DNA of 64,000 nt. Source: Epithemia pelagica (Eukaryota > Protista > Bacillariophyta). Of this stretch, positions 36,127-46,952 are shown one piece after another (within the stretch, counting starts at the first letter, position 1; every line of letters begins with the position of its first letter). The stretch covers positions 3,224,001 through 3,288,000 of the forward strand of contig OX337228.1 in assembly GCA_946965045.2 (NCBI GenBank), in the 5' to 3' direction. The notes under the pieces were generated by a model. It searched no databases. It was not told the origin of the DNA and saw only the letters and a list, made by a program, of their open reading frames with translations. The position numbers were made by a program, and so were the translations under genes.

Positions 36127-39100
36127 CTAGTCGAACATGTTCTCAAGATCAGCGTCATCCTCGTCATCATCTTCTTCAAGTTGGACGAAACTTAAGAAGT
36201 GCTGTGGTCGATGGCATTCCGCATAGAATCTTTCCGGTACATCCATTCTCAACGAATAGTCCATTCCTTGATGATGCTTTACTCCCTGAAAGTTGTAGTT
36301 CCATCCCAGGCCGCTCTGAGGAACCAAAAAGACACCCTTGAAACGGTCACTGAGTAACATTTGCACTTTCTCGAAGCACTTCGATGAATACGACTCCGTG
36401 TTTGTGCCACCGGAGGAGCTGCGATTCTGTTCTCCCCACTCTAAACCTTCTTTGGTGACACGATAGGCCGTCAGCGAGCATGAGCCTTGTGTAAAAGAAG
36501 TGGTGATAATGATCTCATCTTTCCCTGTCCAGGAATCGGCATAACTTTTCACCATCGATGTATGTGCAACAACATCCGAGGCGGACAGAACTTGCATGCC
36601 GTTTTGGATTATTTCGTTTGGTTGCGTGTGAATCCACCCTAGAGGCTGCATGTCTGAAAGTAAGTCGTGTTCTGGAAGTTTCTTCGGGAGCGTAACCGAT
36701 TGGTGGTTTCCCACCTGTGGTACCAGCACAACAACGCGTACTTCTCGAACTTCTTGTGAATGTTCTGGAGTGACCCCGTAAAGATAGCCTGCAACCTGGG
36801 TTCTCAGATCCGCAACCGTTATAAATTTAGAGAGCAGATTTTTCGGAACAACGTATGTTAAACCATCCTCAACAATATCTTCTGATGACACATAAATGTG
36901 TTTAGTTCGTAAGTGAAGGTTTGTAGCGCTTATGGCACGGACGCGCCAATCGGTCTTGCTGTGGAAAGTTGCGGCTTCGTACTGAGTTGTTGTAGTTACC
37001 ACGATCTGTTCCCCCTGTGCGTTTGTCGTTTTGGTGGTGGTAGCTGTCATCTGTGACTGTTCTCGAGCTTGAGCCTCAACTTCGGCCACCTGTTGACGTT
37101 GAACAGATGGAGGTGCTATTTCCATACCCAAAATAATGTCGCGAATCTCGCTTTGAGTGAGACTTGACACATTAACATTGTTCTTTTTGCCGTAATCAGC
37201 CAGGATCAAATCCTTGAGGGCCACCTCGACCTTGATCCACTGCTCATCTGTTAGAGTAGGCCATATGTGGTGAGGTTCAGTAAAGACGCTAGTGTCGGGG
37301 CGCAGAATCTGCTTCACTTTGTCCGTGTTGACATGAAGACCACGAAGGATCAGAATCAGACGGGAAAAGGCGGTGTAAGAAGAAATGCTTTTCAGCCAAT
37401 CGTCATATATATTGAAAAGTACCATCTGAGGTTCGGTCGCCCTCAAGATAAGATCACCAAACTTCTCTACTTTCAATGCAGCTTGGAACGGAAGAGCTAG
37501 TTCAGATCCCTTCAAAACAATGTTGGGAAAATCTAAACAGTGAACTTCGAGAGGATCAAGCATGCCCTTTCGGGTGACAATGATCTGTTTCGGCTGTTCT
37601 TCGATGGGAAGAGATCTTATCAAGGCTGCAACTTCTTCAGCAGTTTTCCATTTCGCAAGTTGAGAGAGACGCTTCTGTCCAGCCCAAACGCTAGTGTGGA
37701 TGATCTTTAGAAACAACTGGCCAGTTCTTGGGTTGAATATGAAAATTGCTCCGTTGATCGGTTTTGTAGTCAGGTTGCCTTCGAATGTCTTGTGGATCGT
37801 CACTCTGTAAACGTTGGAATCATCAACAAAGAGCGTAATGTTGTTGCTGAAAAGTTCTCCGTAGTTTTGCGAACTAAGGTACGGCTCTGTAGGTTCGCTG
37901 GAGTACAATTGCAACCCCTTTCGTATTCTCTCACGTAACACATACAAGGCAGGATTCGCCTTCATTATCTTTGCCATCGCTTGCTGTAAAAGGGGTTTCC
38001 CACCGGGTATGTAGTTACCATACCCAGAATACAATGAATAAGCCAAGTCGACGGCGAGCAGGCAACCACACGGCGACGGGTATATACTCATGTTGTCGGT
38101 AGTATAATCCAAGAATTTGGAACGTGCGAATCGCTCTATGTCATGCGAGTCGAAATCACCCCACCTCAGCTGTACGTCAAGCCAATATTTGTTCGACAAA
38201 GTCCCATCAAAGTCATCCACTCTGTCGTGCAACAGGCTAGGTTTTGAGGCCTGCCATTTGTACGCAGCGAAAAGAACAAGATCGGCACAACTGCTATTCA
38301 TTTTGTATGACTTCCGTGGGTGGATCGTCTCCTTCTGCACACTTTCAATCTCCAGTGCGTCTAGTTCCTGATCTAGAACCTGAACAAGGTCCATTACTAT
38401 ACTTTCGTGGATCTTTTGCCACAAATGAGCCCGGAATATTTGAATAAGTGAAATCTTTAGGGTTGGGATCTTTCCATGCCTGTGGTTTTTCAAAGTGACA
38501 CAAACAAGTGAGTTCGAACAGTGGACCAGAAACAAAGAGACTAAGAATAGCGAAGACGCGATATGTACATACATGAAAATGCCAGTAAGGTCAAGCTGAA
38601 CCTGGAAACCAACATAAACGTTCGCACGGTTGATAGTCGGTGACCACCATAACGTAAAACGCCGATTCGGAATCTGTGTCAGACCACTTCGTTGAGCATT
38701 TGTTAGCTTCTTGAATTTCATGCTTTCTTCAAATCCAGAGGCTTTCTCCCAGAACAACCCTTCCCATGTTGGGAAATATGTGCCTTTGAAAAGGCTGTGT
38801 TCCAGGATGCCTTCTACTCCTCCAAGAGCTTGAATCATGTCCGTCCGATAAGAATTCAGATTCCAAAGTTTTCCGTCATGTCGTTGGTGCGTCCACCAAA
38901 ACGGATTATTGCGAAGAATATGGTACTGTTTCATCTCTTCTCTACAACGCCAACCACGATCATACGCTAATGTGTGCCTGTCCTTGGAGAACAGCGTGTT
39001 GATTCGAGGAATGCCCCGATCCCACGAGTCTTCTAAATCTTCAAGTGTCAGACGTCGGTTCTGGGTGTTTGCTTCTTGACGTTTGAGTGCGTATTCAGCC

Positions 39101-42100
39101 CAAACACGCTGGGAGTCTACAAACTCACTTTCCCACGGTTGAAGGTAACGGTAAAGAGTAGGAATAAGCTGGTCAGCGTCATGGCTAAGGCCAGATCGAA
39201 AATGCGTCACACCCGTGTCTGTCTGTTTGCTGTAACGTAAATCACTTTGGGGGATCAGAACATGTCCTGCCGACAACATCCCTAAACCCCCCAACTCTTT
39301 GGGACAATAGAACACAACTGGCGGCTGGATTGAATAAATTAAACAAGAAGCAAAAAATAAGAAAAAAATTACCAAGAACACCCATGATTCGCCTTCAAAC
39401 TTACAAATCTCGACGGCATCTGTGGAAAGTGAAAACCAACAAACTTGTCAGTAATTTGGAAGAAAACTGCAAGGGGCAACTATTTATGCTTACCTTTGAA
39501 TTCAAACCGATCTGAACACGAGTTTGGATTTTCTTCTCGTTTTTCACCAGCAGATCCAACAATTCTTGAGTGTTAAGTACAGCTTCACGATAATACGTCA
39601 TCAACCCAATTAATGCGGTATTCCATTTGTTCGCGATTTTCGTGAAAGTTGTCGCTCCACTGCTCATTAGAATCTGTCGAATTCGGTTATCAAAGGCGCG
39701 AACGGCTTCATCTTCTACCCGTAGATGAGCCTGGGCCGTCATTTCCTTAGTACCCTCATTTTGCAGGTTCCATACCCCGTCTTTGTAAGTGGCTGTTGAG
39801 CCGGGTATCTCTGGGAACCCATTTGTACCTCGTTGGTTGGCTTTGATTGGTTGAATTCTAACCTCGAACCCATTCATGTCAAAAAGAAGGTTGGGATTGT
39901 CTGCACTGTAAACGCTGACGAAAGAGTCATCCCATTCCATTGTCGTAACACTCCGTGGTAGGCGGTTCTTCATATCCCAAAACACAGCACGCCCTAGATT
40001 TACATCGCGTTTCAACAGACGCATCCGGCAGTCGCGAGGCCAGCATTTTTTGTTTCGATAGCCAACTGCATTTTCATTGTTTGGGTCCGGATTCTCGATC
40101 AAGAAGCGCTGGATGAGATCCTTACTCTCGCTGCTACCGAATCTGAACAACATGTATATCTTGTCGAAGTATCTTGAGTAAAGTCGTATAGGATGGCCGA
40201 CTTCAGTCTCGATATCAGAAAACGTCAAGTAATCGTTGGGATGTGTCGGTGGCCCTGCCAGCTCACTTGCTCGGGTGAGGCCAAGCGTTAGTAAGTCAAG
40301 GACCAAACCATAGTATTGCACCACGAAGGAGGCGAATTGAAGGCCGCGGATCATACCATAAGAATTTGTGTGAAGCATATCCTTGAACGCGATACTAACA
40401 TTGTTCTTCGCTGTCATGTAGTCAGCAATGTTCTGGTCCACGATTAGGCGAAGAAGTCGATTCAGGAGTGTCAAGTCAACCTTCTCGTAGAACTTATCGA
40501 ACTTTGACTGCAATAAAACAACACATTCACCTTTGTCTGTTGCCCATACATCCTCCAGATTATTTATTCCTTGACACCACTTATAAACTAAAAGAGGTGG
40601 AGGTTCTGAGTCTGCGGGTTTCACCCACGTAGGGAAAAGATTTCGTTTCGTTGCCTCGTACCAAAGGTACTGATCCAAGTATGAGTCGGTTATCTTCTCA
40701 AGAGGTTCGATTGTGTAAACAGGGGAGAGGTATTCGTACATATCCATAAATTCGATTTCAACCTCTTTGAAAGTTCTCTGTGTGAGAAGATGCCTCTTGA
40801 TTCTTGAGAGGGCTTCGTGTGGATTATCATACGCCTGCTCGATCCAAGCAAGTTCCTCGCGGGCTGCGCTGTTTAGACGTATCTGCAGGCCATAATTCTC
40901 CTTGAGACGTTCCAGTGCTAGAATTAGCAGTTTTGTATCATGTTTGTAGGACAATGGGGGAAATGGTACTGGAGTAAACTTTCGTGCTTCCAACCAGTGG
41001 ACCGTTGTTGTGTAGATGGCAACCGCTTCCTCAGCGGACACGTATGGCCCATCCTTCAAATAGTTGTGTTGTCGCTCTTGCTCGGCCTTCAACCACAGAC
41101 GAGTGAGACGACCCAAGTTCTTCTTGACGACAGTTTTATCCACTGTGCCACCGCGTTTAATACGTTCACGGTTATAATGAGCAATGTTCGTCCACCAGTC
41201 AGCTTTGGACTTGACGTATCTCAAAATCATGTTCTCAATTGGTGCCGGCATCCCAGGGACTTTCCACGGTATGTTCGCCTTCCAGCACCTAAAGGCCTCA
41301 CTGAGATGGGACAAAATCACACGTGTCTTGTTCTGCTTTACTCCTGCAGGCATCATGTCCAAAATGTCATGCATGACACTCGCGCGAAGCTCGAGGTCAA
41401 AATGTGACTCTCCCCTTTGCTTCGTCACATTCTTCGCAAAGGCCTTGGAATGACGCCCCTCAAACTGACGCGCCAGAAGATTGCCAAGCCACTTTTCAAG
41501 AAGCGGAACGATACCTCGAAGAAAGAACATCCATACCCGCCAACTAGGAGCCCAAAGCCCAACCCCTGGACCTTTCCCAACCGGGCCAGTATTGAACCTA
41601 TAGTAGATAAGGTGTTTTAGATCCTTGCATGTCCGTATCTGTCTCATCAAGCGATACTTGTAACGGTACATTCCCGTTAGCTGACCAACATGGTTGAAGA
41701 CGTATTGTAATCCATCCGCAAGCTGATACGCGTCAATGTTGGCGAGGCGAAACTGAACATGAGCGTCGACAACAAGTTTTGTGAGACGCAGTATCTCTCT
41801 GACCAAATGAAACGCATTCCCGAAACGAGATTTTTTGCGTTCTTTTGTCGTCAGAGTTTTCGTTGGTTTGAGGTTAAAGTTGTAATCCAGGTGAAGATAT
41901 TTCAACTGTTTCCGCTGGATAAGCAAGTTCAACACGTTGTGACCCTGCCTGGAGAGCTGTAGCCCGGCTTCGACCCAATCCAGTTCCGTGCATTGAAAGA
42001 ATTTCGTGCTCTTGAGACTCTTGAAAAGATCTCTCTTTGCTTTCGGCTTATTCGGACGTGCTTGAAGTTGGTTCAGAACCCATGCTTTCAGCAGTTTCTG

Positions 42101-43887
42101 GTATGAGACACGAACCTTTACGGGATAGTTGAGATCACGGGAGACGCGATCACGAAACCAATGCCCGATCAGTGGAATATCCATTGTACGACGTGTACGT
42201 CCTGACCGTGTATTAAAGGGTTCTGGCGCCCAATACAGTTGTATGGCAGGAGCTGTCAGAGGTGTTGATGACGGAAAATCAGACAGAAGCGGCTGGACAT
42301 CGGCTATACATTCTTCGTCTGGGGCCCATCCTGGATCATCGTCTGTGTGGTAAAATTGGCTGTGCGCCCATATACCTTCCTCCTCATTCTCTGTTTCTCC
42401 GATGAGAGGAAGGTCATAATCTTCTCGCTCGTATTCATTTTCTGGAGCCCAGTCTCTCACCTTCACAGGTACAATCGGATTCAACTGAGAGGGGAAGGAC
42501 TCGAACGCCAAAAGATCTTCTTCCTCTTCCTCATCATTGCCAGCATAGGACGACTGCACGAAATGATAAGGGGCCAGTATCACTTTTCGAGGCCTTGAGT
42601 TGTAGACATGCGGAAATGCAATCCTGTATTCAGTACGGATTGGTTTCCGAATTACAATCTTTGATACATCGTTGAAATCATTCCAATCCTCGTCTTCCTC
42701 AACATCACGAAACAAAGGTTCAAACTTAGGTCCCCCAGGGATCGCCATGTTCAAAGCCTTGGCGGTTAGAAAATACGGCGTGTCGAATAGGTATCGGTGA
42801 TTCATATCCTTGTGCAGGTTCAAAAGAGGTTCCGCAAAATTGTGGAGCTGGACCATGATAGAGGTGCTTAGTCTCCATTCCTTGTAGCTGGTCCCATTGA
42901 CATAGACATGGTCCGAAAGTGGCTGTTCTCGCGATTGGCGAATGTCCGAAAGAGGTTGAGTATCGTAAAACCATTCTTTCAAAAGTTCGTACTGTTCATC
43001 TTCATCGAGGTCAAGCTGGACTGCCTCTGCTGGCTCCACCGTTAGAAGATGTTCGGCATAATCCAGCGGCGGCTCTTCATCGTCGAAAGGAGGAAATCTC
43101 ATTCGCTTAAAATGTCGTCGATCCCTCTTTTCGCGTCTCATCATCAGCCATGCTGTTCCCCATTGAGCAATATACACGGGCTCAATAACTTTTGGTACAT
43201 GATCTACAAAACTAATGGCACCGGTGACGTGAAATAGAACTGGTATCTCTTTGAAGGACTCCCAAGGCATGGGTATGTTCTCGAGAAGTTTGTAGAGGGC
43301 ATGAGGAACGTATTTGAGTGCACCGACGTACAATCGCTTCTCCGTCTGGTAGCGTTTGCTTGACATATCACCATGATCTTGTAAAATCTTGCGCAAGAAG
43401 TCAGGAGGCATGAGTGCCTTTTCGGGCGCCATGAAGGTGCTCATGTTTTTATGCGAGTATTTCTTTTTCTGCAATTTGGCCCAACGCTTTGCTTTCTCCT
43501 CTAATGAGAGGGACGTGTACGTGCCTGCCGTCGAAGATGCCATTGGCGGATGAGGCTGGGACATACCTGGCGGCAAAACCAGTTCTTGATGAGCTATTCC
43601 AGGTGGTGGAGATATCCCCGGCGGAGCCATCGTCATTCCAGGTGATGCTATCATCATACCAGGAGGTGGACTCATACCCGGTGGTACACTCATACCAGGA
43701 GGGGCATTCATCGCAGGAGGAGGAGGAGGAGGGGCACCCATACCCGGTGGTGCATTCATACCTGGGGGTGCATTCATACCTCGGGGAGCGTTCATACCCC
43801 GTGGGGCATTTATACCATGAGGGTCACTCAAACCGGGAGGTACGCTCATAGCGGGAGGTACGTTCATGCCAGGAGGGCCAGGAGGTT

Positions 43888-43918
<31 letters not shown>

Positions 43919-44016
43919 TTGATCTGTCATGGCAGAAACATCACCATGAGGGTCACTCATACCGGGAGGTACGCTTATACCGGGAGGTACGTTCATGCCA
44001 GGAGGGCCAGGAGGTT

Positions 44017-44047
<31 letters not shown>

Positions 44048-44059
44048 TTGATCTGTCAT
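36127..44059 (-). CDS. PRPF8: Pre-mRNA splicing factor Prp8; exons 44059-39494, 39419-39405, 39324-38573, 38479-36127
   Basis: Near-continuous Prp8 motifs ([33 protein letters not shown] after splicing, [26 protein letters not shown], Jab1/MPN GWIHTQP). Confidence 0.98.
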
Positions 44060-44071
44060 GGCAGAAACATC
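43814..44071. repeat. 129-bp tandem duplication covering the PRP8 start region
   Basis: 43814-43942 and 43943-44071 are near-identical; each contains GATGTTTCTGCC-ATG-ACAGATCAA and the poly-Pro tract on the minus strand. Confidence 0.95.
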
Positions 44072-44344
44072 AATTTTCCGAAACTGCCAACAGAGATCCT
44101 TTGTTGCAGCGAATCGAGGTGCTCCCAAGCGCGATCGCGTCCTGTTTGAACGTGATTGGAAGTGGTCTCTCCGTCGCCCGTTCGCAGGATGTATCGATTC
44201 CCGACTAATATTTTGGCCACCAATGACAATGGACTCCATTCTCATCTCTCATCTCGTCATAAACTTTTGTTGACTTATGCTCTCTCTTGACATCGGCGTC
44301 ATCTCCTCAGCCGACTTGACACATCTCGACGTTAAAAAGTAGCC

Positions 44345-45626
44345 ATGGCAGTTCGAGGAAGTAGTCCTAAAACCGTTGGAACTAGTCCATCTCGGTCCAA
44401 GTCGTCGGGACCATCAAACTCCCATCACAAGAAACCTTCATCCACCATCACATCAAGTGAAACTAACTCCGCCGAAGACCACCTGCCTCCGCTATACCTG
44501 GTCTATGTCGTCCTATTATGCTCCGGATTCGTTCTCATGTTTGCATTGCGTGATTTAATGATGACGGGAAGGAATATATTTGGCACAATGGACGAAGCCT
44601 TTCTGGTGAGTTCTTTCCTCTTAGAGTTGTTCTGCTTGCATGCTCTTGTGGGCCAAGGAGGACAACTTCTCTCACATTAGTTTTGCTTCTCTCGGAAAGA
44701 TGTTTACCAAATCCACAGACTGGTTTGACGATTCGAAAGGATGGAAATCGACGCAAGGAGGCTTCAGTGCAATCCAAAAGATTAGCACGGACGAGAACAA
44801 CATGGGAGGATTGTTTGTGCGGAAAATGGCTGGCGCGGCAGCTGCTGGAGTTCAACTCCAAAAGATTGTGCCACTTCTGTTCCAACCAGTTGGTTCTCAG
44901 TGGTTCCGGGGACATTATCTCCCTCTTGTTCTTGCTTCTTTTGTTGCGAACATGGTGATCATCATCTTTCTGTCATGTTACTGGGATGAGTTGACGGTTG
45001 GCAGTGCTAGTGACTTGCCACGATTGTGGATTGGAGCACTTGCCACAGAATCAATCTTTCTAGCTTACGCTTTCTTTTCTTCAAAGCAAAACGCAAAATC
45101 TGGACCTGCTGTTGCATTGCAGGGAAAGACTCCGTCCTCTCTTCCCAGTCGCATCGTATCGCGGACCATTGCAATTGTTACGTCTGCCATTGCCATCGTC
45201 GCAGGACGTGATCTTTTCTTTCCTGGTCAGATTCTTGACTTTTTCCCACGCGATGACATTTACCTTGAATGGACGAATGCTTTCCATCACTCTCCACCCG
45301 AGGGCTCACCCGAATACATGGAGTATTCTTTACAGTCGGCACTTTTCGTTGGAGACAAATTTGTATCCCAGTACATGGCGGTGCACCTTTTGATTTTGTG
45401 TTTTGTCAAATTCGTTTCCGCCTACGGTCTTCGCTACGGTGCCGATGGGCGTGGAGAGGTACAGGCAAAGATGATATGGACCGTACAGGCTGTAAGCAAC
45501 GGGATGATACTTTTCCTGTTTCGTATGTTCGCCTCGGCTGCAAGCTCTGCGAGCATAGATTTCCGGTGGCACCTGATTGCTATTGGGTACGAAACTTTCA
45601 TCCTTGGATTATACGGATTCTTCTAA
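44345..45626 (+). CDS. Hypothetical multi-pass membrane protein; intron about 44606-44699
   Basis: Two ORFs joined in frame by a GT-AG intron; many TM segments; no family recognised. Confidence 0.6.
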
Positions 45627-45705
45627 ATCATGGACTATTCAAACTAAATATTATATAAACAAAGTCAAGAATATTTCGCGCCAAAGGTTTGGGATCAGGA
45701 GATTA

Positions 45706-46346
45706 TCAGCGAATCGACATTGTTTCTTTCCCCACGACCTGTGATTGCTGCATCATATAGTCTTCAATCATGCCCATCTTCTCGTCAATGGTTGATGTTC
45801 GGATGGATATTTCTTCCGCCATTCGGAGTTGTTTCAAATCGCCTCTTCCTTTCTTTCGCCGTTCAAGTGTTTCAGCGATTTCTCTCGATCTTCTCGTGTC
45901 GCAACCCATTCCAGGTAGAAAGGTACCGATCCCTGTGTCCAGACAAACGAGACAAAAGAAGTGGTTTACTTCCACCTCTCCGAGTTCGGCGTAAGGAGCT
46001 TCCAATGATCGTCGGCCGCAAAGAGCTGTCTCCTCTCGAATCACACCGTTCTTCTGCAGAATCAACACTAAGAAATGATGCAGAGTCAATTGTTTGAATC
46101 AGACTCTTGAAGTATATAGTCGAGTACGTCAACCATACCTGTTTTATAAGGGCAAGAGCCAAAGTGAACGAACGGACAAGACAGCATCCAGCAGGCAAGA
46201 TGAACCGAAGTATCCACTATCTCAACGTCATCATTTGCTTCAAGTTGTTCAGAGGAGCAACCGATCTGTTCTGATTCCTCGTTTTTCACATCGTTTGTAG
46301 GTGAGGCCGAGCTAATCATGGTCGTCATGGTAGGAGTAAGTGTCAA
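45706..46346 (-). CDS. Hypothetical protein; intron about 46138-46068
   Basis: Splicing joins ...SCPYKT to VLILQKNGVIREETALCGRRSLEAPYAELGEVE...LPGMGC...KGRGDLKQLRMAEE, a protein-like frame. Confidence 0.5.
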
Positions 46347-46638
46347 GAGAAAGTCTGAACTACCCCCAAGGTCAGGCGGGACTCACACTCACCCCTGTTT
46401 GGGTAGCGTCTGAAGTCTGAACGTCGTACGATTCGGTGATTTCACAAGGCTACCTCGTCTACTGCGTCATGGGAGTAGGAAGGTGGCTAGGAGTACTCCT
46501 TTGGTAGTGTGAAAGAATGCAACAAATAGTGCAACCGTGTAGAGACAGTACACAAGTTCTCGTATGTATGGTGTACGGAGATTTCCTACTAGCAATATCT
46601 TGCTAGGCTATCCCCTCATCAATCAAGATACTCCATGT

Positions 46639-46898
46639 ACCTAGATCTTTACCGCCCTTTCCAATTACACCTACTTTGTCACCTAGATCTTTACCGCCCT
46701 TTCCAATTACACCTACTTTGTCACCTAGATCTTTACCGCCCTTTCCAATTACTCCTCCTTTGTCACCTACCTAGATCTTTACCGCCCTTTCCAATTACTC
46801 TTCCTTTGTGACCTAGATCTTTACCGCCCTTTCCAATTACTCCTCCTTTGTCACCTACCTAGATCTTTACCGCCCTTTCCAATTACACCTACTTTGTC
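46639..46898. repeat. Tandem minisatellite: 6 copies of a 42-bp unit (two with an extra ACCT)
   Basis: Invariant ACCTAGATCTTTACCGCCCTTTCCAATTAC at 46639, 46681, 46723, 46769, 46811 and 46857, followed by a 12-nt tail with three variants. Confidence 0.97.
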
Positions 46899-46952
46899 CC
46901 AGGTAGCATAGATTACATAAAAGTCTAGTTTCAGGTGAAGCCGCAGCAACAA

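Noticed and set aside
38730-38760. PRP8 intein at the known fungal insertion site (FWEKA|SGFEE)
   Set aside because: The motif is contiguous. The extra protein length comes from the Pro-rich N-terminus and an acidic insert, not from an intein.
46639-46898. CRISPR-like array (constant core plus variable tail)
   Set aside because: The tails are only 12-16 nt and are near-identical variants of one sequence, not unique spacers. There are no cas genes, and the context is eukaryotic.
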